Shown: positions 10,001 to 21,395 of the stretch, one piece after another
Numbering within the stretch: position 1 is the first letter of the stretch
How the letters are laid out: every line of letters begins with the position of its first letter
Assembly (NCBI RefSeq): GCF_000025125.1
Contig: NC_013771.1
Span: 390,001 to 422,000, forward strand
Direction of reading: 5' to 3'
Origin: Candidatus Atelocyanobacterium thalassa isolate ALOHA
GTDB taxonomy: Bacteria; Cyanobacteriota; Cyanobacteriia; Cyanobacteriales; Microcystaceae
Length of the DNA: 32,000 nt
Program-made: the position numbers and the translations under genes
The notes under the pieces: model-generated
Database searches by the model: none
Seen by the model: the letters and a program-made list of their open reading frames with translations, nothing else
Told to the model about the DNA's origin: nothing

Positions 10001-11652
10001 AAATTAAAATGGCTCAAGGTGCAAAGCCAGGAGAAGGAGGACAGTTACCAGGAGAAAAAGCTAGTTCTTATATTGCTATGCTAAGAGGCTCAAAACCTGG
10101 TGTCACGCTTATTTCTCCTCCTCCTCATCATGATATATACTCTATTGAAGATTTAGCTCAACTAATTTTTGATCTCCACCAAATTAATCCCACTGCGCAA
10201 GTTGCCGTTAAGCTTGTAACAGAAATTGGCATTGGAACTATATCAGCAGGAGTAGCAAAGGCTAATGCTGACATAATACAAATTTCTGGACATGATGGAG
10301 GTACTGGGGCATCACCATTGAGCTCTATTAAACATGCAGGATGCCCGTGGGAACTTGGAGTTACTGAAGTACATCGAACACTGATAGAAAATAAACTTCG
10401 TGATCGAGTTATTTTACGTACTGATGGTGGTCTTAAAACAGGCTGGGACGTTGTAATGGCAGGAATAATGGGAGCGGAACAGTTTGGATTTGGCTCCATT
10501 GCTATGATTGCTGAAGGATGTGTAATGGCACGTATTTGCCATACAAACAATTGTCCTGTTGGAGTTGCAACACAGCAAGAGAAATTACGAAAAAGGTTTA
10601 ATGGAATTCCTGCGAATGTTGTTAATTTCTTTTATTTTATTGCTGAGGAGATTCGTTCTGTACTTGCCAAAATAGGTTATCAATCATTACAAGAAATTAT
10701 TGGACGTTCTGATCTCTTAAGAATGCGTCCCGATAGTTGCTTAAGTAAAACTCAATCAATTGATTTAGGATGTATTCTTAATCTCCCTAATACAAAAGAA
10801 AATCGTACTTGGCTCAATCATCAAAAAAGAAAAGAAAGTAATTCAACATTAGATAAACAATTGCTTAATGATTTTGAATTTATATCTGCTATTGATAATC
10901 ACAAAAATATTGTCAAAAATATTAATATCTCTAATGTTGATCGTACTACTGGAGGTTATATAGCAGGATTATTAGCCAAAAGATATGGAAATAAAGGTTT
11001 TTCTGGAAAGCTTGAGCTTAAATTTACAGGATCGGCCGGACAAAGTTTTGCTGCCTTTAACTTATCTGGTATGTTTATGTACCTAGAAGGAGAAGCTAAT
11101 GATTATGTAGGTAAAAGTATGAATGGTGGAGAAATCATAATAATTCCTAGTAAAAAGTCAAAATTTAAAGCAGAAGACAATATTATTATTGGAAATACCT
11201 GTCTTTATGGAGCTACTGGAGGAATTCTATCAGTCAACGGTCGTGCTGGAGAAAGGTTTGGCGTTCGAAATTCTCAAGGGAAGGCAATTATAGAAGGAGC
11301 TGGAGACCATTGTTGTGAGTACATGACAGGTGGGGTAATAGTAGTTTTAGGTTCAGTTGGTCGTAATGTTGGAGCAGGTATGACAGGAGGCCTTGGTTAT
11401 TTTCTTGATGAAGATGATAAATTTCCTGAAAAAATTAATTCTGATAGTGTAAATATACAAAGAATTTGTACTCAGGAAGGAAAAGTACAATTAAAAAAAT
11501 TGATTCAGTTTCATTTTGACAGAACAAATAGTCAAAAAGCTAAATATATTCTCGACAATTGGATAAAATATGTGTATAGGTTTTGGCAAGTTTTTCCACC
11601 TTCTGAATCTAATATTCCTGAAACTAACCAAAACTTTTCTGATTTTCACTGA
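7036..11652 (+). CDS. glsF: Ferredoxin-dependent glutamate synthase (Fd-GOGAT)
   Basis: 1538 aa in a single chain. Short propeptide, then the amidotransferase nucleophile in [10 protein letters not shown]. Central domain, FMN/3Fe-4S domain ([37 protein letters not shown]) and C-terminal GXGXG beta-helix domain. The start could alternatively be the Met at 7069. Confidence 0.96.
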   Translation: MNFRSKSNTTYMGPPSTVESRDSCGVGFIADIKKQGSHQLIQKALIALERMEHRGGCNADNDSGDGAGIMVEIPYILLKTWFVENKVTMPPREKLGVGMVFLPQDPYQQRIKRLHVNTVIKASGLIILGWRKVPVNPTVLGIQARENQPHIEQIMVTSSDEISGDELEKKLYIARSYLGKLLEDDFYICSFSCRTIVYKGMVRSSVLGKFYKDLKDLRFISQFVLFHRRFSTNTMPKWPLAQPMRLLGHNGEINTLTGNINSISAREKILKIQNWTSQELSALDPIVNIANSDSYNLDSILELLIRSGHDLLKSMMILVPEAYQNQPDLKNYPQIIDFYEYYSGLQEPWDGPALLVFSDGKAVGTCLDRNGLRPARYSITDNYIIVSSETGVVDLPEESFIEKGKLGPGQSIAVDLKTKKISKNWEIKQRVAEKEPYREWLKKHRKEITPQSFSDTLLIENSEQLLIQQTAFGYTAEDVDMVVIPMAIQGKEPVFCMGDDIPLSILSEKHHLLYDYFKQRFAQVTNPPIDSLRESLVMSLETLLGEKGNLLEPRDIDAKLLKLKTPILNEIELNQIKHSDFNISELSTLFNITLGTNGLNVALDNLCKKAAQVVKEGATIIILSDRFFNTPSISETTSYIPPLLAVGSVHHYLIKQGLRSKTSLIVDTGQCWSTHHYACLFGYGASAVCPYLTLETIRQWWQAPKTQKLINKSKINAIEIQEALRNYRHAVEIGLLKILSKMGVSLLSSYHGAQIFEAIGLDLDVINKAFRGTTSRIGGLNLVELGQETIGIHSQAFPELTEKKLKNFGFINYRPGGEYHMNSQKMAKILHKAVGNHKLKNNEQNQETYNYYEIYQKYLKERPVTVLRDLLEFASDRSSISITEVESVEDIVKRFCTGGMSLGALSREAHETLAIAMNRLGSKSNSGEGGEDPVRFKILSDVDENGHSPTFPHLKGLFNGDTASSAIKQISSGRFGVTPEYLMNAQQLEIKMAQGAKPGEGGQLPGEKASSYIAMLRGSKPGVTLISPPPHHDIYSIEDLAQLIFDLHQINPTAQVAVKLVTEIGIGTISAGVAKANADIIQISGHDGGTGASPLSSIKHAGCPWELGVTEVHRTLIENKLRDRVILRTDGGLKTGWDVVMAGIMGAEQFGFGSIAMIAEGCVMARICHTNNCPVGVATQQEKLRKRFNGIPANVVNFFYFIAEEIRSVLAKIGYQSLQEIIGRSDLLRMRPDSCLSKTQSIDLGCILNLPNTKENRTWLNHQKRKESNSTLDKQLLNDFEFISAIDNHKNIVKNINISNVDRTTGGYIAGLLAKRYGNKGFSGKLELKFTGSAGQSFAAFNLSGMFMYLEGEANDYVGKSMNGGEIIIIPSKKSKFKAEDNIIIGNTCLYGATGGILSVNGRAGERFGVRNSQGKAIIEGAGDHCCEYMTGGVIVVLGSVGRNVGAGMTGGLGYFLDEDDKFPEKINSDSVNIQRICTQEGKVQLKKLIQFHFDRTNSQKAKYILDNWIKYVYRFWQVFPPSESNIPETNQNFSDFH

Positions 11653-12098
11653 TCTAAAATAAACATGACTATTTTGAGAGACCTTTTATTATCTAATATA
11701 CATAGCTTAAATATACTTTTTAAACAAAATTATACTGCTCTAAAATTCTGTATCTTCAATAATGGATTATCAAATTTAAAAATTTTGATTAATAATCACC
11801 AAGATCATATGAAGTTACATATCATATAATTTAAGAATGTTGCGTTTCTTTACATTCTCGGGGAAACAATTTTTATAGGATATAATTCAAAGAATAAATG
11901 AAGTAATCAAAGTAGCCATTGTTAAAATACAGATGTTAAACATTTATATAATTAAGTAAGGTACGAATAATAGTCATAAAAGATTTTTGCTCGTGATCAA
12001 AATTATAGATAAGCTACTACATTTAAGAGCAATTATTCCAGTCAGATATTTGACTTTTGTAAATGAGATTTTTATAAAAACCAGGAGTTGTGTCGCAT

Positions 12099-15000
12099 AT
12101 GTTCACTCACGTCAAGTCAACCATTCGTCATATTATTCCAGAGACATTAAATGATCGTTCTTTGCTCAAAGTAGTCTATGTTGTATTAGAACCACAATAT
12201 CAAAGTTCCCTTTCCGCAGCAGTTAAAAACATTAATAATAATAATTCTAAAATAGCAATTGAAATTAGTGGATATTTAATAGAAGAACTTCGAGATCCAG
12301 AAAACTATAAACAATTTCAACAAGATATAGAAAAAGCAAACTTGTTTATTGCTTCTTTGATTTTTATTGAAGACTTGGCTGATAAAGTTGTTGAAGCAGT
12401 TTCGCCTTATCGTGAAAAGTTAGATGCTATAGTAGTTTTCCCGTCAATGCCGCAAGTAATGCGTTTAAATAAATTGGGAAGCTTCTCAATGAATCAATTG
12501 GGGCAATCTAAAAGTATGATTTCTCAATTTATGCGTAAGCGGCAGCAAAATTCTGGAACAGGTTTTCAGGATGCGATGTTAAAGTTATTACGTACATTAC
12601 CTCAAGTATTAAAATATCTTCCAGTAGAGAAAGCCCAGGACGCTCGAAGCTTTATGCTAAGCTTCCAATATTGGCTAGGGGGATCCTCAGAAAATTTAGA
12701 GAATTTTCTGGTTATGCTAGCTCATAAATACTCTTTTCCTGATCTTTTTAAGGATGAAGTAGTTACTTATAAAGATCCTCTCGTTTATCCTGATATAGGA
12801 ATTTGGCATCCTTTATCATTAAAAATGTTTGAAGATATTAATTCTTATCTTCAATGGTATAGTTCGCGCACAGATATTTCAGATGATCTTAAAAGAGATA
12901 CAACACCATGTATAGGGCTAGTATTACAAAGGACTCATCTAGTTACGAAAGATGATGCTCATTATGTCGCTATGATTCAAGAATTAGAATCTATGGGGGT
13001 AAGAGTTATTCCTATATTTGCAGGTGGATTAGATTTCTCTAAACCTATTGAGGCATATTTTTGGAACACATCTATCGATAGTAGTGATAGAGTAAAAGCT
13101 CCTATAGTCGATACTATTGTTTCCTTAACAGGATTTGCTTTAGTAGGTGGGCCAGCAAGGCAAGATCACCCCAAAGCGATAGATGCATTAAAATCTTTGA
13201 ACTGTCCTTATATGTGCGTATTACCATTGGTTTTTCAAACTACTGAGGAATGGGAAGATAGTGACTTAGGATTACATCCAATTCAGGTTGCTTTACAGAT
13301 AGCAATACCTGAACTAGATGGAGCTATCGAACCTATAATATTATCAGGTAGAGATGGTAATACTGGACGCTCGATAGCACTTCAAGATCGTATTGAGACA
13401 GTGGCAAAACGCGCCGTAAAATGGGCTAATCTTAGGAAAAAAAAGAGAGAAGCGAAAAAAATAGCTATTACTATTTTCAGTTTTCCACCAGATAAGGGCA
13501 ATATTGGATCGGCAGCATACTTAGATGTATTTAGTTCTATTTATGAAGTACTTAAAGCCCTAAAGGATAAAGGTTATAATTTATCAGAATTACCAAGTTC
13601 ACCAAAAGCTTTGATGGATAATATTATTCAGGATGCACAAGCTCAATACGCTTCTCCTGAATTAAATGTAGCTTATCGAATGTCTGTTGAAGAATATGAA
13701 AAATTAACACCTTATTCTACGCGCTTAGAAGAAAATTGGGGAACTCCACCTGGAAATCTTAATAGTGATGGCCAAAGTTTGCTTATATACGGTAAGCATT
13801 TTGGGAATGTCTTTATTGGTGTGCAACCTACTTTTGGCTATGAAGGCGACCCTATGCGCTTATTATTTTCAAAATCTGCTAGTCCTCATCATGGATTTGC
13901 AGCATACTATACATATTTAAATCAAGTTTGGCAGGCAGACGCAGTTTTACACTTTGGTACTCATGGATCTTTAGAGTTCATGCCAGGAAAACAAATGGGA
14001 ATGTCTAGCAATTGTTATCCTGATACTTTAATTGGTAATATTCCTAACCTGTATTACTATGCGGCGAATAATCCTTCGGAAGCTACTATTGCAAAACGTC
14101 GTAGCTATGCAGAAACTATCTCATATCTAACTCCTCCAGCTGAGAATGCAGGTCTATATAAAGGCTTAAAAGAATTAAATGAATTAATAGGATCATATCA
14201 AACTTTAAAAGCTACCAGTCGCGGAATTCAGATAGTTAATACAGTGATGGACCAGTGTCGATTAGTGAACTTAGATAAAGATATTAAGTTACCTGAAACT
14301 GATGCAAAGGAAATGACTTCGGAAGAAATGGATAATATTATTGGTATCGTTTATAGTAAGCTCATGGAAATTGAGTCTAGACTATTACCATGTGGTCTTC
14401 ATGTTATTGGCAAACCTCCAACAGGCGAAGAGGTAGTAGCGACATTAGTCAATATCGCATCACTAGATAGAGAGGAAGAAGATATAATATCTTTACCAAG
14501 CCTCATTGCCACAAGCATAGAAAGAGACATTAAAGATATATATTACAATAATGATATTGGTAAATTAGAAGATGTCGAGTTATTGCAAAAAATTACATTG
14601 GCAACTAGGAAAGCTGTAGCTTCAATGGTTGAAGCAACTACAAATCAAGAAGGTCGAGTGGACTTCATCTCAAAAATAGATATTCTGAAAATTACCCAGA
14701 AAGCCCCTTGGGTAAGTACTTTAGAAAACTTAGGGTATTCTAAAGTCAATAGAAGTTCTTTAAAAGTTCTTTTTGAATATCTTGAATCCTGTTTGAAAAA
14801 GCTTTGCGAAAGCCATGAATTAGAAGCATTGCTTAAAGGTTTAGAAGGAGAGTATGTTTTACCTGGACCAGGTGGTGATATTGTTCGTAATCCGGATGTT
14901 TTACCTACGGGTAAAAATATCCATGCATTAGACCCTCAATCCATTCCTACGTTAGCTGCAATAAAATCTGCAAAAATAGTAGTAGATTCTCTTCTTAAGC

Positions 15001-16097
15001 GACAAAAAATCGATAATGGAGATCAATATCCAGAAACTATTGCATGTGTTCTGTGGGGAACCGATAATATTAAAACATATGGAGAATCTCTAGCTCAGAT
15101 TATGTGGATGGTAGGAGTCAAGCCTCTTCCAGATGCTCTAGGAAGAATTAATAAGTTAGAACTGATACCTCTTGAAGAATTAGCAAGACCTCGTATTGAT
15201 GTTGTGGTGACCTGTTCCGGCGTATTTCGTGATCTTTTTATTAACCAAATGAATCTATTAGATAAAGCTGTTAAAATGGCAGCAGAAGCTGATGAACCTT
15301 CAGAAATGAATTATGTGCGTAAACATGCACTGGAACAAGCATCAGAAATGAATATTGATGTTAGAGAAGCAGCAACTCGCATTTTTTCAAATGCTTCTGG
15401 TTCTTATTCCTCCAATGTTAATTTAGCGATAGAAAATAGTAGCTGGGAAGAAGAAAAAGAATTACACAATATGTATTTAAACAGGAAAAGTTTTTCTTTT
15501 GACTCAAATAATCCTGGTATTATGAAAGATAATAGAAAGATATTTGAATCTGCTTTAAAAACAGCGAATGCAACCTTTCAAAATCTGGATTCTTCAGAAG
15601 TTAGTTTAACAGACGTTTCTCATTATTTTGATTCTGATCCAACAAAAATCGTAGCTAGCCTACGGGAAGATGGCAAGCAACCTGCGGCTTACATAGCTGA
15701 TACAACAACTGCAAATGCACAGGTACGTACTCTCTCTGAAACTGTTCGATTGGATACACGCACTAAACTATTAAATCCAAAATGGTATGAAGGAATGTTA
15801 TCTCATGGTTATGAAGGAGTTAGAGAGATTTCAAAACGTTTGGTAAATACTATGGGATGGTCTGCTACCGCTAATGCGGTAGATAATTGGGTATATGAAG
15901 ATGCAAATACTACTTTTATTGAAGATGAAGAAATGTGTAAGCGTTTAATGGATTTAAATCCTAATTCTTTCCGTAAAATGGTTAGTACTCTATTAGAAGT
16001 TAATGGTAGAGGTTACTGGGAAACATCCGATAGTAATCTAGAACGATTACAAGAACTGTATCAGCAGGCTGAAGACAGAATAGAAGGAATAGATTAA
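12099..16097 (+). CDS. chlH: Magnesium-protoporphyrin IX chelatase, subunit H
   Basis: The roughly 1330-aa product is colinear with ChlH/BchH ([12 protein letters not shown]...[14 protein letters not shown]...). The ORF track starts at GTG 12090. I prefer ATG 12099 because cyanobacterial ChlH proteins begin MFT.VKSTIR, and an AGGAG sits at 12083-12087. Confidence 0.95.
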   Translation: MFTHVKSTIRHIIPETLNDRSLLKVVYVVLEPQYQSSLSAAVKNINNNNSKIAIEISGYLIEELRDPENYKQFQQDIEKANLFIASLIFIEDLADKVVEAVSPYREKLDAIVVFPSMPQVMRLNKLGSFSMNQLGQSKSMISQFMRKRQQNSGTGFQDAMLKLLRTLPQVLKYLPVEKAQDARSFMLSFQYWLGGSSENLENFLVMLAHKYSFPDLFKDEVVTYKDPLVYPDIGIWHPLSLKMFEDINSYLQWYSSRTDISDDLKRDTTPCIGLVLQRTHLVTKDDAHYVAMIQELESMGVRVIPIFAGGLDFSKPIEAYFWNTSIDSSDRVKAPIVDTIVSLTGFALVGGPARQDHPKAIDALKSLNCPYMCVLPLVFQTTEEWEDSDLGLHPIQVALQIAIPELDGAIEPIILSGRDGNTGRSIALQDRIETVAKRAVKWANLRKKKREAKKIAITIFSFPPDKGNIGSAAYLDVFSSIYEVLKALKDKGYNLSELPSSPKALMDNIIQDAQAQYASPELNVAYRMSVEEYEKLTPYSTRLEENWGTPPGNLNSDGQSLLIYGKHFGNVFIGVQPTFGYEGDPMRLLFSKSASPHHGFAAYYTYLNQVWQADAVLHFGTHGSLEFMPGKQMGMSSNCYPDTLIGNIPNLYYYAANNPSEATIAKRRSYAETISYLTPPAENAGLYKGLKELNELIGSYQTLKATSRGIQIVNTVMDQCRLVNLDKDIKLPETDAKEMTSEEMDNIIGIVYSKLMEIESRLLPCGLHVIGKPPTGEEVVATLVNIASLDREEEDIISLPSLIATSIERDIKDIYYNNDIGKLEDVELLQKITLATRKAVASMVEATTNQEGRVDFISKIDILKITQKAPWVSTLENLGYSKVNRSSLKVLFEYLESCLKKLCESHELEALLKGLEGEYVLPGPGGDIVRNPDVLPTGKNIHALDPQSIPTLAAIKSAKIVVDSLLKRQKIDNGDQYPETIACVLWGTDNIKTYGESLAQIMWMVGVKPLPDALGRINKLELIPLEELARPRIDVVVTCSGVFRDLFINQMNLLDKAVKMAAEADEPSEMNYVRKHALEQASEMNIDVREAATRIFSNASGSYSSNVNLAIENSSWEEEKELHNMYLNRKSFSFDSNNPGIMKDNRKIFESALKTANATFQNLDSSEVSLTDVSHYFDSDPTKIVASLREDGKQPAAYIADTTTANAQVRTLSETVRLDTRTKLLNPKWYEGMLSHGYEGVREISKRLVNTMGWSATANAVDNWVYEDANTTFIEDEEMCKRLMDLNPNSFRKMVSTLLEVNGRGYWETSDSNLERLQELYQQAEDRIEGID

Positions 16098-16324
16098 AAG
16101 TGTATAAACTTTAAATTATGAACCATTACAAATAATAAGAGAGATTTTACTATTTATTCTATGACTGCAAATAAAGCTAAACATACTAATTAAGCATACA
16201 TAAATTTAAATCTTAATTATTATGTCCAAAAATTTTAATAACTTTTTGCCTACCGATATATTCTATTATTAATTGTGGAGAGTGAAATATTCTCTACTAG
16301 TAATAAGTTTGTATAGTAGTTTCT

Positions 16325-17905
16325 ATGAATAAACAAGAACTGTGGCAACGTTACGAAAACTGGTTGTACTATCATAATGGATTAGGGATATACCTCGACA
16401 TCAGTAGAATGAGTTTCAATCAAGACTTTGTCGATAAACTTCTACCGAAGTTTAACAAAGCTTTTCAGGATATGGAATCTCTAGAAAGTGGAAAAATTTC
16501 TAATCCTGATGAAAAAAGAATGGTTGGACATTATTGGTTAAGAGCCCCAGAATTGGCTCCTAATGATGAAATTAGAAAAGAAATTACTGAACCTTTAATT
16601 AAAATTAAGCAATTCGTTACAAAGATTCATCAAGGGACTATTAAACCACCATCAGCGAGTAAATTTACTGATGTACTTTGTGTTGGAATTGGAGGCTCAG
16701 CTCTAGGACCCCAATTCGTATCAGACGCATTAGCTCCATGCCAAGCACCCATGTCTATTCACTTCGTTGACAATACAGATCCAGAAGGAATAGATAAAAC
16801 GATTCACCAAATTGGTGAACGTCTAAAAAGTACTTTAGTAATTGTTACTACCAAATCTGGAAAAACACCTGAAACTCGAAATGGTATGTTAGAAGTTCAA
16901 CATGCCTATGAAATGCAAGGTTTAAAATTTGAATCTCATGCTGTGGCGGTTACGATGCCAGGTAGCCTGATGGATGAAATTGCAAATGAATGGCTTGAAA
17001 GATTTCCTATGCAAGATTGGGTGGGAGGAAGAACGTCTGAATTATCTGCTGTTGGTTTATTGCCTGCTGCTCTCCAAGGAATTGATATCGATGAGATGTT
17101 AATTGGAGCTAAAGAAATGGATGAAGCTACTAGAGTTAAATCTTTAAAAGATAATCCCTCTGCATTACTAGCTCTAGCTTGGTTCTATTCTGGAAACGGT
17201 AAAGGAGAAAAAGACATGGTTGTCCTTCCTTACAAAGATAGCCTACTTCTTTTCAGTCGTTATTTACAACAACTAGTAATGGAATCTTTAGGTAAAGAAA
17301 AAGATCTTGATGGTAATATAGTTCATCAAGGTATTGCTGTATATGGTAATAAAGGATCAACAGATCAGCATGCTTATGTTCAGCAACTTAGAGATGGAGT
17401 TTCCAATTTTTTTGCTACTTTTATAGAAGTACTTCAAGATGGACAAAATAATCCATTAGAATTAGAACCTGGAGTAACATCAGGTGATTACTTGTCTATT
17501 TTCTTACAAGGAACCAGACAAGCATTATATGAAAACGGACGAGATTCTATCACAATATCTATACCTCAAGTGAAGCCTCGTACAATAGGAGCTTTAATTG
17601 CTATGTATGAAAGAACAATTAGCTTCTATGCTTCTCTAGTCAATATTAATGCTTATCATCAGCCTGGAGTAGAAGCAGGAAAACAAATGGCTGCTTCAAT
17701 ATTAAATTTGCAAACTAAAGTACAAGCAATAATGAAGCAAACATCTGGAGAGATAAGTATTGAAACTTTGGCATTACAAACAGGTTATCCTGACGAAATA
17801 GAAGCAGTTTATAAAATTGTTCGTCATCTTGCAGCAAATAATCGTAATATTGCCTTAGAAGGAGATTTATCTAATTTATTAAGTCTAAAAGTTTCAGCTA
17901 TTTAG
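16325..17905 (+). CDS. pgi: Glucose-6-phosphate isomerase
   Basis: 526 aa. Cyanobacterial-type PGI N-terminus ([22 protein letters not shown]), SIS-type motifs GIGGSALGP and [11 protein letters not shown], and [12 protein letters not shown]. Confidence 0.95.
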   Translation: MNKQELWQRYENWLYYHNGLGIYLDISRMSFNQDFVDKLLPKFNKAFQDMESLESGKISNPDEKRMVGHYWLRAPELAPNDEIRKEITEPLIKIKQFVTKIHQGTIKPPSASKFTDVLCVGIGGSALGPQFVSDALAPCQAPMSIHFVDNTDPEGIDKTIHQIGERLKSTLVIVTTKSGKTPETRNGMLEVQHAYEMQGLKFESHAVAVTMPGSLMDEIANEWLERFPMQDWVGGRTSELSAVGLLPAALQGIDIDEMLIGAKEMDEATRVKSLKDNPSALLALAWFYSGNGKGEKDMVVLPYKDSLLLFSRYLQQLVMESLGKEKDLDGNIVHQGIAVYGNKGSTDQHAYVQQLRDGVSNFFATFIEVLQDGQNNPLELEPGVTSGDYLSIFLQGTRQALYENGRDSITISIPQVKPRTIGALIAMYERTISFYASLVNINAYHQPGVEAGKQMAASILNLQTKVQAIMKQTSGEISIETLALQTGYPDEIEAVYKIVRHLAANNRNIALEGDLSNLLSLKVSAI

Positions 17906-17948
17906 CTATTTGGGTGGGCTGAGCCCACCCAAATAGCTAAATCTTTTT
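17902..17948 (+). terminator. Rho-independent terminator of pgi (perfect 19+19 nt palindrome followed by a T5 run)
   Basis: 17902-17920 (ttagctatttgggtgggct) is the exact reverse complement of 17922-17940 (agcccacccaaatagctaa). It has a GC-rich core and is followed by atcTTTTTc. The left arm overlaps the TAG stop codon (17903-17905). Confidence 0.8.
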
Positions 17949-18055
17949 CAACTGTTCAAAAATCTTATTTAATTAATACGTTATTTAAATACAAACTTAA
18001 AAATTCTTTAATTATTTATTTAATCTATTTGTTTTATATGTTGTTGGTAATATTA

Positions 18056-18874
18056 CTAATTAATACTGGCTATTTTTTGTGCTAATTGAATATGAAGTTT
18101 GTGACTAGCTTTATAAGCTATAAAGTGAGCCCGAGGTATAAATCTTAATAAACTTAGATCTCCTACTAGATCTAAAAGTTTATGTCGTACAGGTTCATTG
18201 CTAAATCTTAAAGGAGGGTTTAACCAATCTTTATGATTACAAATTAATGCGTTATCAAAACTTCCTCCCTTGATTAGCCCAGATGCTCTTAAATGTTCAA
18301 TCTGGTCTATAAAACCAAATGTTCTTGCAGGAGCAACAAAGTCCATAAAAGTTTCTTTCCGAGGATTCCAACTAGCCCATTGATTTCCAATAGCTTTATA
18401 AGTAAAATTAATTCCATAAGTGAAACATATTTCTGGTGCAGGAATTGCTGCAACAAAAGCATCTTTGTCTTGAACCCAAATTGGTTTTAGTAAAGGAGCA
18501 CTTTCCTGTATTTTTGAAAAAGTAAAGTCTGAGTCAATAAAAGCATTAACCCAATTCTTCGCTGAACCATCTAATAATGGAACTTCTGTTCCATTAATTT
18601 CTATACGAGCATTTTTAATTCCACATCCAGCTAAAGCTGCTAATAGATGTTCTACTGTTCGAACAGTAATGTTGTTATTAGATAACTCTGTAGATAATAT
18701 AGTCTGACTAACTTTTGAAATATGAACAGGAATAATTGGATTACCTAAAAGATCTACCCTAACGAAATGATGTCCTTCTGTATAGTAATTAGGTATTATT
18801 TTTACCTGAGTTTCTTTTCCAGAATGTAAGCCAATACCTGATACCTTAAACTTTAAATTCATATCTAGTTTCAT
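18056..18874 (-). CDS. lpxC: UDP-3-O-acyl-N-acetylglucosamine deacetylase
   Basis: LpxC motifs [25 protein letters not shown] and [10 protein letters not shown]. The ORF-track start at 18883 is a TTG. I prefer ATG at 18874 (MKLDMNLKF...), and ATG at 18862 is also possible. It lies roughly 30 nt downstream of bamA on the same strand. Confidence 0.9.
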   Translation of the reverse strand: MKLDMNLKFKVSGIGLHSGKETQVKIIPNYYTEGHHFVRVDLLGNPIIPVHISKVSQTILSTELSNNNITVRTVEHLLAALAGCGIKNARIEINGTEVPLLDGSAKNWVNAFIDSDFTFSKIQESAPLLKPIWVQDKDAFVAAIPAPEICFTYGINFTYKAIGNQWASWNPRKETFMDFVAPARTFGFIDQIEHLRASGLIKGGSFDNALICNHKDWLNPPLRFSNEPVRHKLLDLVGDLSLLRFIPRAHFIAYKASHKLHIQLAQKIASIN

Positions 18875-18905
18875 GATAAACAAATAACATAATAATTTAT
18901 ATTAA

Positions 18906-21083
18906 TTAAAATCTTTCTCCGATCCCGAAATGAACACGAGAATCACCTTCGTTATTAATTCCATAATCTACTCTAATTGGTCCAACAGGTGATTGTATCC
19001 TGAGACCAACTCCATATCCATAGCCATCACTAGGTAATCCCCTTACTACACCAGGAAGACCCCGTACAGATCTTTGAGATTTAATTGTAGTACCATAATC
19101 AAAGAAAATAGAAGCTCCTACGGCAGGAATGATAGGAAGTCGATATTCTGCGGTAGCCTGAAAAAAACTACGACCATTTCCAACTTCGCCTTCAGCGTAA
19201 CCCCGTATTGAATTACTTCCACCTATAACAAAAGCTTCATAAGGAGGAAGATCTTCAAAAACCGTACCTAACTGTACATTAAATGCAAAAGCTTGAGGTT
19301 TAGGTTGATTTTCTTCAATAAAACCTAAATCGATCAAATTAACTGGAATATAGTAACTATAATTTCCCCGCAAACGTGTAAAACCAATACTACCTGAACC
19401 AATTGGTACAGTTTGTTCTAATCCTAAGCGAATGACATGTCCACTAGTAGGTCGTAAAGGATTATTTCGAAAATCCTGAGCTGCCGCAAAAGATAATGTA
19501 TATAAATCATCACGACCTGAATCACTAAAGGAAAGAGGTTGTTCTGGGTAACCATTTATCGGAGCAGAAAGAGGAGCAATCTTGCCATTAGCATTTTCTA
19601 TTAACACTCGTTGATAATTTAATCCAGCAGTCAATCTCCAATCAGGTTTACTAAAGGGATCTTCTGCCAATGGACGCGCGAAGGAAACTCCTCCCCCTGT
19701 ACGTATTACTCTAGGGCTATCAAAACCATTCATAGTTCTAATCGAGCTATCATCTCCATCAAATACTAGAGAGATGGTACGGCGACGAAAACCGTTTACA
19801 GTATAAGCTGTGCGATATGGATCTCCTGCAATCCAAGGATCTGTAAAATTAACATCAAGAAGCAATTCTCGCTCACCGACTTGTATTTCACCACCAATAG
19901 TTTGTCCATTACCTCCTAAATTTTGTTCTTGATAACTGATTGTTCCAAATAATCCACTACTAGAGCTAATACCAGTTCCAGCGGCGAGTGATCCGGTATT
20001 TCCTTCTACTAAATCAACATTTACAATAACTTCTCTTAAATCTTCTCCTGGACTAAAAGAAATTCTTACATCTTCAAATAAACCTAAGCCAAATATACGT
20101 TGTAAATCGAATTGAGCTGTTTTTCGATTAAATACGCTACCTGGTTTTAACTGCATTTCTCGAGTAACTATAAAGTCACGAGTTCCACCATCAACAGGTT
20201 CATCCTCAGCGTTAAAAAAACGAACTTTTATATTTTCTATAACTCCTTCAGCAATAATCAAAGTAATGACACCATCATCACTCACCGCAGGGGAACCTAT
20301 TACTTGGGCAAGATCAAAACCCTGTTCGGCATACCATTCATTGATTTTTTTGATACCTTTCTGGAGATCCCTTAAGTTAAGAGTTTTATTATATTGTTGT
20401 CCAAAAATCTTTTGAACGGTTTCAGGAAGTAATGCTCTCTGATCTTTAATATCAGGAACTGTATTAACAACCACTTGTTTTAAGACGGGATTAACTTTTA
20501 CAGCATAAGTAATTCGAACTCCTAAAGGGGTATCAGTAGGAGTAACTTGAACATTTGCAAAGTAACCAGTCGCATAAATAGCATTAACATCTTGTTGTAA
20601 CTCAGAACGTGTAGTTGTGCGTCCTGGCTTAGTTTGAAGTATGTTATATATTAAATTTTCTAATTCTTCATTTGCCCCTTTAACTATTACTTCTACTACT
20701 AAGATTCTTGGTTCTTCTTCTAGTATTTCCTGTTTGTTTATTTCACTTCTTATTGTTTCTTGTGAAATAAAAGTTTCTGATAAATTTATATCTTTAAACT
20801 TATTAGATGAAGATTTTTCTAGTTGAGCAGTATAAAAAGTTTTGGGTAATTTTGAAGTTGATACTTTGAAATAAGAGTTATTTAAATTAGATAAATTATC
20901 AGAATATTTGTTCAGGTTTAAATGGCCAAGAAATTTTTGTTGAATTTCTTGGTCTTTCAAATTTTTTATAAATAATATATCCTGTCCTTTAACAGGTCTA
21001 CTTATTGACCATACTGTTGTTGTAAGAATAATTCCCAATAATGGAAAAAAATGTGACTTTTTGATCTGGTTTACCACTTCCAC
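18906..21083 (-). CDS. bamA: Outer-membrane protein assembly factor, Omp85/BamA (Toc75-like) family
   Basis: 725 aa. Signal-peptide-like N-terminus, POTRA-like repeats, and a C-terminal 16-strand-type beta-barrel region ending in the aromatic terminus HFGIGERF. The first start-like codon after the upstream stop (21108-21110) is GTG at 21083, and no in-frame ATG is nearby. Confidence 0.88.
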   Translation of the reverse strand: MEVVNQIKKSHFFPLLGIILTTTVWSISRPVKGQDILFIKNLKDQEIQQKFLGHLNLNKYSDNLSNLNNSYFKVSTSKLPKTFYTAQLEKSSSNKFKDINLSETFISQETIRSEINKQEILEEEPRILVVEVIVKGANEELENLIYNILQTKPGRTTTRSELQQDVNAIYATGYFANVQVTPTDTPLGVRITYAVKVNPVLKQVVVNTVPDIKDQRALLPETVQKIFGQQYNKTLNLRDLQKGIKKINEWYAEQGFDLAQVIGSPAVSDDGVITLIIAEGVIENIKVRFFNAEDEPVDGGTRDFIVTREMQLKPGSVFNRKTAQFDLQRIFGLGLFEDVRISFSPGEDLREVIVNVDLVEGNTGSLAAGTGISSSSGLFGTISYQEQNLGGNGQTIGGEIQVGERELLLDVNFTDPWIAGDPYRTAYTVNGFRRRTISLVFDGDDSSIRTMNGFDSPRVIRTGGGVSFARPLAEDPFSKPDWRLTAGLNYQRVLIENANGKIAPLSAPINGYPEQPLSFSDSGRDDLYTLSFAAAQDFRNNPLRPTSGHVIRLGLEQTVPIGSGSIGFTRLRGNYSYYIPVNLIDLGFIEENQPKPQAFAFNVQLGTVFEDLPPYEAFVIGGSNSIRGYAEGEVGNGRSFFQATAEYRLPIIPAVGASIFFDYGTTIKSQRSVRGLPGVVRGLPSDGYGYGVGLRIQSPVGPIRVDYGINNEGDSRVHFGIGERF

Positions 21084-21139
21084 ACACTCAATAAAGCTAT
21101 AGCGTTTTTACTGTTATCTGTTGCTTATTGTCAACCTCA

Positions 21140-21205
21140 GTGATAGCTGACAGCTCTAATAGCCGGGTCATACTAACTACAGGTGTCTAGAGCTCTGACT
21201 ATCAC
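21140..21205. other. G+C-enriched imperfect inverted repeat (candidate structured RNA or leader element) upstream of bamA
   Basis: Two perfect 7-bp helices were read directly. gtgatag (21140-21146) pairs with ctatcac (21199-21205). agctcta (21152-21158) pairs with tagagct (21188-21194). They are separated by a 5x4 internal loop and enclose a 29-nt apical region. It is the only visibly G+C-enriched intergenic patch in the window. Function unknown. Confidence 0.45.
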
Positions 21206-21395
21206 AACAATAGAATGTTCCAAAAAAATAAGTTTTTTAAAAAAGAATTATTATTAAAAGCACTATTATATTCATATGTAAATAATCTTAGCCTGAGTAT
21301 AGAGTCTATAAAAAAGGATTTTTTATATCAGTTTCTTTTTTCTCTTAAGGAAATTCATATTTCAAGAAAAGTAAAATTAACATATTAAAATAACC

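Noticed and set aside
11665-11829. Plus-strand ORF of about 54 aa starting 13 nt after the glsF stop (MTILRDLLLSNIHSLN...)
   Set aside because: Asn/Ile/Leu-rich with no family resemblance, no Shine-Dalgarno sequence, and a composition indistinguishable from the surrounding spacer.
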